Of a stretch of 57,533 nt of DNA, positions 19,224-29,731 are shown in pieces. Every line of letters starts with the position of its first letter. The stretch's first letter is position 1. This DNA is from Candidatus Sediminicultor quartus (GTDB lineage: Bacteria > Atribacterota > Phoenicimicrobiia > Phoenicimicrobiales > Phoenicimicrobiaceae). The stretch spans positions 1 through 57,533 of the forward strand of contig DSEL01000186.1 in the NCBI GenBank assembly GCA_011056645.1, given 5' to 3'. A program made the translations under genes and the position numbers. The notes under the pieces were generated by a model. It did not search any database. It was not told the DNA's origin and worked only from the letters and a program-made list of their open reading frames with translations.

Positions 19224-20006
19224 ATGGATAAATTGGTAGAGATGAAAAATATATATAAGTCCTATGATGGAGTAGTTGCCTTAAAGGGAATAGATTTTGA
19301 AGTAGGCTTTAATGAAGTGGTAGGTATTTTAGGTGACAATGGCGCAGGCAAATCCACATTGATTAAAATTATTTCCGGCGTGCACTCCTTTGATGATGGG
19401 GAAATGTATATTAGAGGTGTAAAAATTGATCCTAAAAAATATTCTGTAAAGATGGCTCATAGTCTGGGCGTAGAAACAGTATACCAGGAAAAAGCGCTTG
19501 CAGATAAGCAAACCTTATGGAGAAACGTTTTTGTCGGTCGGCAAATTACCAATAAACTTGGTTTTCTTAATATAAAAAAAGAAAAAGAGGAAACCAATAA
19601 AATTATGCGTGATTTAATGAAATTTAGAGGAATAGGTGTCAGCGCTGATTCAGTTATTAAAACTTTGTCCGGCGGAGAAAGACAAGGAGTTGCCATATCA
19701 AGAGCAATGTACTTTGAAGCAGACCTGGTCATTTTAGATGAACCGACTATGGCTTTATCGTTACAAGAAGTAAAAAAAGTCTTGAAATTTATCCAAAATA
19801 TTAAGGATAAAGGAAAATCTTGCATTTATATTTCTCATAATATCGCTAATGTTTATCCTGTTTCTGATCGTTTTGTAGCCATTGACCGAGGTAAGATAGT
19901 AGGTGCATATGATCGTAAGGACATATCTTTACAGGAGCTTAGCGAGGAGTTGATAAGATATACTAAGTCAAGCACACAGATTAATCAAGGTGTAGAGGTA
20001 TTATAA
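19224..20006 (+). CDS. Sugar ABC transporter ATP-binding protein (single NBD)
   Basis: GDNGAGKS, LSGGERQ, ILDEPT, SHN. Confidence 0.93.
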   Translation: MDKLVEMKNIYKSYDGVVALKGIDFEVGFNEVVGILGDNGAGKSTLIKIISGVHSFDDGEMYIRGVKIDPKKYSVKMAHSLGVETVYQEKALADKQTLWRNVFVGRQITNKLGFLNIKKEKEETNKIMRDLMKFRGIGVSADSVIKTLSGGERQGVAISRAMYFEADLVILDEPTMALSLQEVKKVLKFIQNIKDKGKSCIYISHNIANVYPVSDRFVAIDRGKIVGAYDRKDISLQELSEELIRYTKSSTQINQGVEVL

Positions 20007-20007
20007 T

Positions 20008-21000
20008 ATGGATAATTTGGAAAAAAAGTTCACAGTGAAAAAATCTATTCAATACAAATCTCAAATTGCATTATTAATTATGACGGTCAGTATTTTTGGG
20101 TTGTTTATGATTACCAGTCCCGAAGTTTTCCTTAAAGGAAGGATATATCAATCATTTTTATCCACAGTTCCTATTATGGGGGTTATGGCTCTCGGTTTGA
20201 CTTTTGTGCTGGCTATGGGCGAAATAGATCTTTCTTTTCCCTCAGTGATGGCCTTATCTGGTTTTATTTTTGCCATTATTTTTAAGGCTACAAACAATGT
20301 TGTATTAGCCATAATATGTAGTCTTTTATCCGGCGTAGTAGTGGGGTTTATTAACGGAACATTAGTTACTTTAATAGGCATTCCGTCAATTGTAGCTACC
20401 TTAGGCATGCAATTTTTAATCAGGGGGTTTAGTAATATTATATCGAATGGTTTAGCCAGGACGGTAGTATTAGATAAAACTATTTCTTACAAAATATTTG
20501 CAGAAAAGCTATGGGTAATTCCTGTGCAGTCAATTTGGTTTGTAGGAATAGCAATTTTTTTCTATTTCTTGCTTTTAAGACACAAGTTTGGTGAGCATGT
20601 ATTATTTTTAGGTGATAATCAGGAAGCTGCGGGAATGATGGGCGTTAATGTAAAAAGAACAAAAATCATGGTCTTTATATTGATGGCAGTAATAGCTTCC
20701 TTTGCCGGGATACTTAGTTGTTACCGGATGAGAACCTGGTGGCCAACCATGGGAGAAGGATATTTAATGATGGTAATGGCTGCTACTTTTGTGGGTGGTA
20801 CTTCTATGTTTGGCGGTGAAGCCAGCATTGAGGGTACTTTCATTGGTGCTTTTATTATTGGTTCTTTAGAAGCAGGTATTGTGGCTGCCGGTCTTTCTGG
20901 TTTTTGGACACAATTTATTTGCGGTGTTTTGATTATAGTCTCGGTTATTATTCATACTCTGGCAAAGAGAAGAAAACAAGGTTTTAAGCACCAGGTTTAA
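20008..21000 (+). CDS. Sugar ABC transporter permease (RbsC-like)
   Basis: GEIDLS, GIPSIVATLG, and GGTSMFGG motifs; hydrophobic. Confidence 0.92.
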   Translation: MDNLEKKFTVKKSIQYKSQIALLIMTVSIFGLFMITSPEVFLKGRIYQSFLSTVPIMGVMALGLTFVLAMGEIDLSFPSVMALSGFIFAIIFKATNNVVLAIICSLLSGVVVGFINGTLVTLIGIPSIVATLGMQFLIRGFSNIISNGLARTVVLDKTISYKIFAEKLWVIPVQSIWFVGIAIFFYFLLLRHKFGEHVLFLGDNQEAAGMMGVNVKRTKIMVFILMAVIASFAGILSCYRMRTWWPTMGEGYLMMVMAATFVGGTSMFGGEASIEGTFIGAFIIGSLEAGIVAAGLSGFWTQFICGVLIIVSVIIHTLAKRRKQGFKHQV

Positions 21001-21152
21001 ATCATATAATATTATAAAGCAAAAAGTTATATGAAATTAAAAGGGGAAAAAGAACTAAAATATTTTTAGTTTCAGCTTGAAATTTTCGGGTTGTTAGATA
21101 TTTTAGCTATAGGTCATCATAGGATTATTAATGTTTTAGGAGGAAGATTTAA

Positions 21153-22634
21153 ATGATTAACATTCCTGAAGTAAAGATAGGGATAGTTACAGTAAGCCGT
21201 GATTGTTTTCCTGTTGAACTTAGTAAAAGTAGGAGAGAAAATGTTATAACGAAATGCAAAAAAAAGGGAATATTGATTAAGGGAATTGAGACAGTCGTGG
21301 AAAATGAAAGGGATGTTTTAAATGCGTTACGGGATTTGAAAGAAGCAGAAGTTAATGCATTAGTCATTTATCTGGGTAATTTTGGCCCTGAAGGGCCAGA
21401 GACAATGCTGGCTCAAAAGTTTTCAGGACCTACTATCTTTGTTGCTGCGGCAGAGGAAAGCGGAGAAAATTTAGTAAGTGATAGAGGAGATGCATACTGC
21501 GGAATGCTAAACGCTTCATATAGTCTGGCACTTAGGAAATTAAATCCTTATATTCCTGAATATCCGGTTGGTACAGCTGAAGAGATAGCAGAAATGATAT
21601 TGAATTTTGAAAATATAGCCAGAATACTACTTGGGCTCAAAAAACTCAAAATAATCAGCTTTGGCCCCAGACCTCAGGATTTCCTTGCCTGTAATGCACC
21701 TATAAAACCTCTATATGATTTAGGGATAGAAATAATGGAAAATTCGGAGTTGGATCTTTTCGAAGCTTTTAATCATCACGAAAATGATTCAAGGATATCA
21801 GAAGTAATTAAAGATATGGGAAAAGAATTAGGTGATAAAAACAGATATTCAGGAATACTATCTAAACTTGCCCAATATGAACTTACCCTAAAAGATTGGA
21901 TGGAGCAGAACCTTGGTGCATCTGAATTTGCCATATTTGCTAATAAGTGTTGGCCGGCTTTCCAGACTCAATTTGGATTTGTGCCTTGTTATGTGAATTC
22001 GAGATTTGCCAAGAGAGGGATACCCATATCTTGCGAGACAGATATATATGGAGCATTAAGCGAATACATAATCACTTTGGCTACTCGTTTACCGGCTACC
22101 CTGCTGGATATCAACAATACAGTTCCTAAGGATATGTATGGAGAAAATACAGAAAAAGTAAAGAATTATAAATTGAACGATCTTTTTATGGGATTCCATT
22201 GTGGAAATACTCCTATTTGTTATTTAAAGCATGCTGAAATGAAATACCAATTAATAATGCATCGGTTGCTTGAACCAAATAAGGAACCTGATATTTCCAG
22301 GGGTACCCTTGAAGGAACTATAATTCCCGGAGATATTACCCTGTTTAGGCTGCAAGGTACAGCTGATGATGAATTGAGGAGTTATATTGCTCAAGGGGAA
22401 GTGCTGGATATAAACCCGAAATCTTTCGGAGGAATCGGTGTATTTGCAGTTAAAGAAATGGCCAGATTCTATCGACATATACTTATTGCAAAAAGATTTC
22501 CTCATCATACTGCTGTAGCATTCAAACATACAGGAAAAGTTTTATTTGAAGCTATGAAGATGTTGGGTATAAATAATATCGATTTTAACCAACCTTCCAA
22601 TCTACCGTATAGAAATGAGAATCCATTTGCCTAA
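21153..22634 (+). CDS. L-fucose/L-arabinose isomerase-family protein
   Basis: GNFGPE, GDAYCG, CETD, MGFHCGN and FPHHTAV motifs. Arabinose-type context (AraR, AraD). Confidence 0.8.
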   Translation: MINIPEVKIGIVTVSRDCFPVELSKSRRENVITKCKKKGILIKGIETVVENERDVLNALRDLKEAEVNALVIYLGNFGPEGPETMLAQKFSGPTIFVAAAEESGENLVSDRGDAYCGMLNASYSLALRKLNPYIPEYPVGTAEEIAEMILNFENIARILLGLKKLKIISFGPRPQDFLACNAPIKPLYDLGIEIMENSELDLFEAFNHHENDSRISEVIKDMGKELGDKNRYSGILSKLAQYELTLKDWMEQNLGASEFAIFANKCWPAFQTQFGFVPCYVNSRFAKRGIPISCETDIYGALSEYIITLATRLPATLLDINNTVPKDMYGENTEKVKNYKLNDLFMGFHCGNTPICYLKHAEMKYQLIMHRLLEPNKEPDISRGTLEGTIIPGDITLFRLQGTADDELRSYIAQGEVLDINPKSFGGIGVFAVKEMARFYRHILIAKRFPHHTAVAFKHTGKVLFEAMKMLGINNIDFNQPSNLPYRNENPFA

Positions 22635-22746
22635 ATTTCAAAAGGGAAAATACCTTAAATATAATAGTCAAACATCGTAAACTAAAAGTGATTAAGTAAA
22701 AACAGAATATGTGATTTATTTTTTATTAATTTGGAGAAAGGTAAAA

Positions 22747-23832
22747 ATGATAAAACCCGATAAGTATTTACCAAAATATTACCAGCTAAAAGAATACCTA
22801 AAGAAGATGATTCAAAATGGAGATATTATTCCACCGCAAAAACTACCTTCGGAAAGTGACCTTGTCCGCCAGTTTAAAATAAGCAGACATACGGTACGCC
22901 ATGCTTTTAGCGAATTAGAAAATGAAGGATGGATATATAGAGAACAGGGAAAGGGTACTTTTTGTGCTTTCAGAGGAAGTAAAAAAGAGCAGAAAATAGC
23001 TGTTCTAACCACTTATATTTCTAACTATATTTTCCCCTATATTATCAGAGGTATTGAGGAAACATTATGTGAATCAGGTTTTTCCTTTAGTATTGCCAGT
23101 ACAGGTAATAATAAGCTCAAAGAAGAAGAATGTATGAAAAGATTTTTGGAACAAGATATTTCGGGTATTATTGTTGAGCCAACAAAAAGCGCTAAGCCTA
23201 ATATCAATCAAAAATACTTTCAGGAGTTAGATAAACGTAATATCCCCTATATCTTATTACATGCCACCTATCCTGGTTTAGATTCTGCTTATGTAATTAT
23301 GAATGACGAAAAGGGTGGCTTTATTGCTACGGAGTATTTATTAAAGCTAGGTCATAAAAATATTGCCGGAATATTTTTATCTGACGATTTGCAAGGAATA
23401 AGACGACAAGAAGGTTTTTTATTTGCCTTGAAGAAATATAATCTTACCGTCAATAATGAATTTTTAGGTAATTATAAAACTGAGCAGATGTTTACTTTCC
23501 CCTACAATTTTACTTTAAACTTGTTAAAAAAAGAAAATCGACCAACCGCTATTGTTTGTTATAATGACCAGATAGCTATTCAAGTTATAGAGGCGATTCG
23601 CCGTAGCAACCTAAAGATTCCCCAGGACATTTCATTGGTAGGATACGATGATTCAAATTTAGCAGTGGCTACTGAAGTAAAATTAACCACTATTAAGCAT
23701 CCAAAAGAAGAGATGGGCAAACGAGTAGCACATATGATAATCGATATGATTAATAGAGAAGCAAATGATCCGTACTTTGTTTATGATCCGGAGCTGGTCA
23801 TACGAAGCTCTTGTAAAATAATCTCAAAATAA
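22747..23832 (+). CDS. araR: AraR-type regulator (GntR wHTH plus LacI-type sensor domain)
   Basis: KLPSE, SRHTVR and QGKGTF HTH followed by a LacI effector domain (CYND, SLVGYDD, LTTIKHP). ATG at 22747 after GGAGAAAGG. Confidence 0.85.
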   Translation: MIKPDKYLPKYYQLKEYLKKMIQNGDIIPPQKLPSESDLVRQFKISRHTVRHAFSELENEGWIYREQGKGTFCAFRGSKKEQKIAVLTTYISNYIFPYIIRGIEETLCESGFSFSIASTGNNKLKEEECMKRFLEQDISGIIVEPTKSAKPNINQKYFQELDKRNIPYILLHATYPGLDSAYVIMNDEKGGFIATEYLLKLGHKNIAGIFLSDDLQGIRRQEGFLFALKKYNLTVNNEFLGNYKTEQMFTFPYNFTLNLLKKENRPTAIVCYNDQIAIQVIEAIRRSNLKIPQDISLVGYDDSNLAVATEVKLTTIKHPKEEMGKRVAHMIIDMINREANDPYFVYDPELVIRSSCKIISK

Positions 23833-23928
23833 GTTAAAATTTTTGATGAATGTCCTCAAAAAGGAATTAATACCCTACGTTATTATATCATTTCATAAGA
23901 AAAATTATACAGGGAGGACGATGAAAGA

Positions 23929-24570
23929 ATGTTGGAGAATCTAAAACAAGAAGTATACCAGGCTCACAGGAAACTTTGGGAGAATAGATTAGTTATGTGG
24001 ACCTCCGGGAACGTAAGCGGCAGGGACCCAAAAACTGATCTTGTTGTAATTAAGCCGAGTGGCATTTCTTACGATGAATTACACCCTGATCATTTAGTAG
24101 TTGTTGATTTAAATGGCCGTATAATTGAAGGAAACCTAAAACCTTCTGTAGATATGACTACACATCTTTATGTATATAAATATAAACCAGAGGTTATGTC
24201 TGTGATTCATACTCATTCTACTTACGCCAGTGCTTTTGCAGCCATAGGCCAGCCGATTCCGGTTTGTCTTACGGCTATGGCAGATTTCTTCGGTGGCGAT
24301 ATACCTGTAGGTGAGCTTGTACTGATAGGAGAAAAAGAGATAGGAAAGGAAATTGTTAGTAAGATCGGCAACTCAAAAGCCATCATTATGAAAAATCATG
24401 GCCCTTTTACCATTGGAAAAAATGTTAATGAAGCTCTACAAGCCGCAATCTTTTTAGAAGAAATTGCCAAAGTGTTAATTATGTCCAAGATCTTGGGAGA
24501 ACCACAAACCATCCCAGGATCTATGATAAATATACTTCATAAAAACTATACTGAAAAATATGGACAATAA
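23929..24570 (+). CDS. araD: L-ribulose-5-phosphate 4-epimerase (class II aldolase family)
   Basis: TSGNVS, IKPSG, KPSVD (Asp as in AraD, not Glu as in FucA), HTHS, NHG. Confidence 0.8.
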   Translation: MLENLKQEVYQAHRKLWENRLVMWTSGNVSGRDPKTDLVVIKPSGISYDELHPDHLVVVDLNGRIIEGNLKPSVDMTTHLYVYKYKPEVMSVIHTHSTYASAFAAIGQPIPVCLTAMADFFGGDIPVGELVLIGEKEIGKEIVSKIGNSKAIIMKNHGPFTIGKNVNEALQAAIFLEEIAKVLIMSKILGEPQTIPGSMINILHKNYTEKYGQ

Positions 24571-24588
24571 TATTAAAGGAGATAAAAT

Positions 24589-26133
24589 ATGATGCGTAAC
24601 GAATATCTTTTGGGTACAGATATAGGTACACAAGGCACAAAGACAATACTGGTAAATCCTGATGGAAAAATAATTTCTTCAGCATTCTCAGAATATGATG
24701 TAATAAAACCAAAACCTTCCTGGGCAGAGCAATGGCCGGATGTATGGGTAAAAGCTACTTTTGATACCATCAGAAATGTATTGCTAAAATCAAAAGTGAA
24801 ACCTTCCGAGATAGCAGGAATTGCCTTGAGTGGGCTTTATGGCGGCTCAGGTATACCGGTGGATAAAGATATGAAACCAATAAGACCTTGCCTGATATGG
24901 ATGGATAGGCGAGCGACGGATGAAGTGCAATGGGTAAAGGAAAACGTTGATAAAGATCAGATATTTAAAATCACCGGTAATTACGTCGATTCTTACTATG
25001 GATTTACCAAGATGATGTGGATTAAAAATAATGAACCGGAAAATTGGAAAAAGATATTCCGCTTTATAACTCCCAAAGATTATGTCATATATAAATTGAC
25101 CGGAGAAGATATTACAGACTTTTCATCGGCTGGAAATATTGGCGGGGTTTTTGACCTAAAGAAACGAACCTGGTCAAAAGAAATGTGTAAAATTCTTGGG
25201 ATCCCTCTATCCATGTTACCACAAAGAATTGTAAAATCTGCAGATGTAATAGGTAAAATAACTAAAGAAGCCTCGAAATTATGTGGTTTACTGGAAGGGA
25301 CAGCGGTAGTAGCCGGAGGCATAGATGCTCCGGTAGCTTCCTTAAGTGCAGGTGTTTTAGAAGAAAAAAGTCATGTTGCTATGGCAGGAACTTCAATATG
25401 TTGGGGGGTCGTTCATAAAGGACAACATCTGTCTCCTAAATTGGTAAGCTTTCCCTACGTTGCCTACGATGATGAAATGATCTATACTTTTGGCGGAGCA
25501 GCAACTGCTGGTGGAATAGTTAGATGGTTTCGGGATCAATTTGGTTATAACGAGAGAGAACTCGAGAGAAAATCGAAAACCTCTGCTTATGAACTTTTAG
25601 ATAAACAAGCAGAGGAAATTTCCCCCGGAGCAGAGGGACTTTTATTATTACCCTATTTTATGGGTGAGCGTTCACCTATATGGGATCCTGATGCAAAAGG
25701 AACCATCATAGGTCTGACCTTATATCATACCAAGAAACATGTTTACCGATCTGTTTTAGAAGGAGTGGCTTATTCTTTACGACACAATATAGAAGCAGGA
25801 TTGGAAAGCGGATTAAAATTGACAGAGGAATGTATTATGGTAGGTGGGGCGACGAAATCCCCCTTGTGGGTAAAGATGTTTTCGGATGTAACCGGGTATC
25901 CGATAAAAACCCTCGCGCAAGATGTGGAAGCTCCTTATGGAGATGCCTTACTGGCTGGTGTTGGAACAGGTGTTTTAGATTCCTATCAAAGGATTAAGGA
26001 TTGGGTACGATTTGACAGAACCATTTATCCTGATAAAAAAGCGAAAAAGATATATGATCAGTATTTCATAGAATACAAGAAAGCCTACGAGTCTTTAAAG
26101 GATATTATGAAAAGGTTAGGAAAAATAAAGTGA
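24589..26133 (+). CDS. FGGY-family carbohydrate kinase (pentulose kinase-like)
   Basis: GTDIGTQGTK, WMDRRA, PYFMGERSP, VLEGVAY, VGGAT. Confidence 0.88.
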   Translation: MMRNEYLLGTDIGTQGTKTILVNPDGKIISSAFSEYDVIKPKPSWAEQWPDVWVKATFDTIRNVLLKSKVKPSEIAGIALSGLYGGSGIPVDKDMKPIRPCLIWMDRRATDEVQWVKENVDKDQIFKITGNYVDSYYGFTKMMWIKNNEPENWKKIFRFITPKDYVIYKLTGEDITDFSSAGNIGGVFDLKKRTWSKEMCKILGIPLSMLPQRIVKSADVIGKITKEASKLCGLLEGTAVVAGGIDAPVASLSAGVLEEKSHVAMAGTSICWGVVHKGQHLSPKLVSFPYVAYDDEMIYTFGGAATAGGIVRWFRDQFGYNERELERKSKTSAYELLDKQAEEISPGAEGLLLLPYFMGERSPIWDPDAKGTIIGLTLYHTKKHVYRSVLEGVAYSLRHNIEAGLESGLKLTEECIMVGGATKSPLWVKMFSDVTGYPIKTLAQDVEAPYGDALLAGVGTGVLDSYQRIKDWVRFDRTIYPDKKAKKIYDQYFIEYKKAYESLKDIMKRLGKIK

Positions 26134-26567
26134 AGTGTACTCTCTAATATTCATTAATAGAATAGATATTTTTAACAAAATGAGATTACCAGAGTAACTT
26201 TTATTATAATATAGGATTTTCTCTGCACCATTAGAAAAATTTCATAGATATTGCCCCTTTCTGCCAAGTATATTTAGCTTTTTCAGGAGATATACTGCTC
26301 CATACTTCAATAGTCCTCCTCAGTTAAAATTGAAATATCCAGACTCCCTAAGATTAGTTTTTGATTTGAGAAGGTAAAAAAATTGAAATAATTTCAATAT
26401 TTATGCAGGAATTTGTTAGGTTGTGTTGAATATATTAATATAAAGGAAGTTTGAATTTGTATAGTTATCTCCTCTAACAAGTTTTTAGCGAAGGGAGGTG
26501 AAGAAAGAATTTAATTAATAGGAAACAAATAAAAGTTACCATATTATTTTTTAGGAGGTTTGTATCT

Positions 26568-27842
26568 ATGAAAAAGTTATTCACTATTTTTCTTTTTGTG
26601 CTTCTTCTATCTATCACCATGAATGCAGCTGCTAATATGGAAATTACTTTCTGGACGCACGAGGACCCGAATAGAACGGAAATTGAAGATAGATATATTG
26701 CTGAATTTGAGCAGGCTAATCCAGGAGTGACCATCAAGAGAGTTACCAGTGGTTCAGGTCAAATTCAGGAATTAGTTCTTACTGCCTTTGCTGCTAATCA
26801 AGGTCCGGATATCTTCAATATGTCGATTGAAGATGAATATGCCTATATAGTCAATGAGCGTCTTGCTCCTGTTGACTTCGAAGCGGCAGGTTATCCCAGT
26901 CTGCAGGCAGTTTACGATGCTTATATCCCCGGGGTATTAGATCCGGTAACCTATAAAGGACAACTTTATGGACTGCCATTAGAATTAACTAATTGGTGTA
27001 TCTTTATTAATAAAAAAGTATTTAGGGATGCTGGGTTAGACCCTGAAAAGGATTATCCTAAAACCTGGGAAGAAATGGTGGAAGTATCAGATAAATTATG
27101 TATCCGCGAAGGTGAAATTCTTAACAGAAGAGGATTTGACTTCAGATACCCCTATTATCTTGTAGCCATGGTACCTATGGTTGAACAACTCGGAGGACAG
27201 TTAATTAGCGATGATGGTAAAACTGCTATTGTCAATGACCAAGCCTGGCTAAAATTTCTTAAATTTATGCAGGAATGGGGTCCCAGCGGTAGAAATCTCG
27301 GTTCACCGACTTATACCAATGCCAGAAAGCTTTTCAACATGGATAATAATGATATAGGTATGTGTAATACCGGCCTTTATCAAGTAGGAAGGATTAACGC
27401 AGATAATCCTGCTTTTTATGAAAGTAAAGAATGGATGATTGTTCCCTTCCCGCAATTCGAAGATGCAGTAAAAGATGTTCCTGCAGCGTATTATGGACAT
27501 TATTATATGGTCAATGGGCAGAAACCGAAAGAAAATCAGCAAATGGCCTGGAAATTTGTTGCCTATATGCTTAGCCATCCAGAAGAATATCTGACCAAAG
27601 TCAATATTATCCAGCCTACAGTTGAACTGATGAATTCAGAGACCTATAAATCTATGCCTTACTCTGATGTATTTACCAATGATATGGCAAAAGGCCATAT
27701 CGTATATTATGGAGAGAATAGTGCCAAAATTCAGTCACATATCAGGGAAGCAGTAGAATCAGTCATGTTAGCCGGGGTCTCACCAGAGGATGCATTGAAA
27801 ACATTAAAGAGAAAAGTACAGGAAGTACTCGACGAAGGATAA
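26568..27842 (+). CDS. Carbohydrate ABC transporter substrate-binding protein (family 1)
   Basis: Signal peptide MKKLFTIF..., GPDIF, YGLP and PKTWEE motifs. Confidence 0.9.
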   Translation: MKKLFTIFLFVLLLSITMNAAANMEITFWTHEDPNRTEIEDRYIAEFEQANPGVTIKRVTSGSGQIQELVLTAFAANQGPDIFNMSIEDEYAYIVNERLAPVDFEAAGYPSLQAVYDAYIPGVLDPVTYKGQLYGLPLELTNWCIFINKKVFRDAGLDPEKDYPKTWEEMVEVSDKLCIREGEILNRRGFDFRYPYYLVAMVPMVEQLGGQLISDDGKTAIVNDQAWLKFLKFMQEWGPSGRNLGSPTYTNARKLFNMDNNDIGMCNTGLYQVGRINADNPAFYESKEWMIVPFPQFEDAVKDVPAAYYGHYYMVNGQKPKENQQMAWKFVAYMLSHPEEYLTKVNIIQPTVELMNSETYKSMPYSDVFTNDMAKGHIVYYGENSAKIQSHIREAVESVMLAGVSPEDALKTLKRKVQEVLDEG

Positions 27843-27855
27843 TAACTTTAATTGA

Positions 27856-27896
27856 AACCACAGGGCTGGCTTATTATTTAGCTTAGCCCTGTGGTT
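27856..27896 (+). terminator. Stem-loop after the SBP gene
   Basis: AACCACAGGGCT ... AGCCCTGTGGTT 12-bp inverted repeat. Confidence 0.6.
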
Positions 27897-27917
27897 CTCA
27901 TAGAAGGAGTGTAGTTA

Positions 27918-28829
27918 ATGAGGAAACGAATACCAACTTATAGCATTGAACGGAAAAAAGCCCGCTGGGGATGGATATTCGTTGCTCCGACACTCATCTT
28001 TTTTTCCCTTTTTAGTTTCTATCCGATTTTTAATGCCCTTTATACAAGTTTATTCAAGAAAAAACTGTTATCGTTAAGACCGCCAGATTTCATCGGGCTT
28101 GATAATTATAGTTATCTTCTTAAATCTCCGGATTTCTGGAACTCTATGAGAGCTACCGTGGTTTTTACTTTAGGTACTTTTGTGCCCCTTTTGATCTTTA
28201 GTCTCATATTTGCTATTTTTATCATGTCCAGAAAGAGATTTCAAAGTTTTTTCCAGATAGCCTATTATTCTCCGGCAGTTTTATCCTCTGTTGTGGCTGC
28301 AGTAATCTGGTTATTGATCTTTGACCCCAGGGGGCTGGGTAATCAATGGTTGAATTTAATTATAAACACTCCCGGTATTGATCACAAATGGCTGGCTAAT
28401 TCAGTTATGGTTCAAATGTCTACCATGTTGGTTTATTTTTGGAAATATGTAGGTTATTTTACCATTATCTTTATTGTGGGATTAGCTTCGATTCCCCAAA
28501 GTATCTATGAAGCAGCCAAAATAGATGGAGCGAATGATTGGAAAAATTTTTGGTATATTACTCTTCCCCTTTTGAAACCAACCACTATTTTAGTTTCCAT
28601 TATTTCTATGCTTCAGTGTTTGAGAACTTTCAGTACCCAATATTTATTTACTCAGGGGGGAGCACCGTTAGCTCCCATCAATGTAATCACTTTAAATATT
28701 TATCATACTGCCATAAGAGATCATCGGATTGGCAGGGCTAGTGCTATGAGTATTATTTTATTTGTTATTATGATGTTATTTACCTGGGTTCAATTTAAAA
28801 CTTCACGAGCTGATGAAATCAGTTATTAA
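27918..28829 (+). CDS. Carbohydrate ABC transporter permease
   Basis: EAA loop (YEAAKIDGA) and ITLPLLKP. Confidence 0.93.
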   Translation: MRKRIPTYSIERKKARWGWIFVAPTLIFFSLFSFYPIFNALYTSLFKKKLLSLRPPDFIGLDNYSYLLKSPDFWNSMRATVVFTLGTFVPLLIFSLIFAIFIMSRKRFQSFFQIAYYSPAVLSSVVAAVIWLLIFDPRGLGNQWLNLIINTPGIDHKWLANSVMVQMSTMLVYFWKYVGYFTIIFIVGLASIPQSIYEAAKIDGANDWKNFWYITLPLLKPTTILVSIISMLQCLRTFSTQYLFTQGGAPLAPINVITLNIYHTAIRDHRIGRASAMSIILFVIMMLFTWVQFKTSRADEISY

Positions 28830-28844
28830 GGAGAATATTTTTTT

Positions 28845-29720
28845 ATGAATCCTGCCTTGCAAAGAAAAAATAATAAGATTTCTCATCAATCTTTAGTAAT
28901 AGATAGCTTTGTGTGGATTTTTCTCCTTTTGGCGGCTTTATTTATCCTTGCTCCCATCATATTCATGTTTACTGCTTCTCTCATGCCGGCAAATGATATC
29001 TTGAAGATGCCTTACCGTTGGCTCCCCAAAGGTTTTTACTGGCAGAATTATTGGCAGGGGATAAAGGGAAATGACGGAAGCTTTATCTATATCAGAAATA
29101 TTTTAAATTCCATAATTGTAGCTTCAGTGGTATCGGTAACTACGGTAATTTTATCAGCGTTAGCCGGATTTGGTCTGGCTAAATATTATTTCAAGGGAAG
29201 AAACGTGGTTTTTATGTTAATTATGGCCACCATGATGATACCTTTTGAAGCCATAATGATTCCCCTTTATCTGGTCACTACTAAATTAGGAATTCAGGAT
29301 TCTTATGCCGGATTAATAGCGCCCTTTCTGGTCAATGCCTTTGGCGTGTTTTTAATGAGGCAATATTTTATTACTTTCCCTGATGAAATATTGGATGCAG
29401 CCAGGATAGATGGAGCCAGTGAATTAATGATTTTCCGAACCATTATTTTACCAAACAGTATTCCTGCTGTAGCCACTCTGGCTATTCTTACCTTTAAAGC
29501 TCAATGGGATAATTTATTATGGCCTTTATTAGTTGTACAGAGTGAGGAAATGAAAACCATACCTTTGTATATTGTTAAATTTATGGCCGAAAAACACACT
29601 GACGAAGGGGCGATGATGGCAGTTGCGGCTATAGCAAGTATCCCAATATTAATAGTATTTTTTAAACTATCTAAGTATTTTTTAGGTGGTGCAGCCCTGT
29701 ATTCATCAAGGAAAGGATAA
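28845..29720 (+). CDS. Carbohydrate ABC transporter permease
   Basis: EAA loop (DAARIDGA) and WDNLLWPL. Confidence 0.93.
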   Translation: MNPALQRKNNKISHQSLVIDSFVWIFLLLAALFILAPIIFMFTASLMPANDILKMPYRWLPKGFYWQNYWQGIKGNDGSFIYIRNILNSIIVASVVSVTTVILSALAGFGLAKYYFKGRNVVFMLIMATMMIPFEAIMIPLYLVTTKLGIQDSYAGLIAPFLVNAFGVFLMRQYFITFPDEILDAARIDGASELMIFRTIILPNSIPAVATLAILTFKAQWDNLLWPLLVVQSEEMKTIPLYIVKFMAEKHTDEGAMMAVAAIASIPILIVFFKLSKYFLGGAALYSSRKG

Positions 29721-29731
29721 CAGATATAGTT

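Noticed and set aside
26242-26310. 22-aa minus-strand micro-ORF (MKYGAVYLLKKLNILGRKGQYL) after GAGGAGG
   Set aside because: SD-to-TTG spacing is only 4 nt, there is no recognisable motif, and it lacks a terminator or other support.
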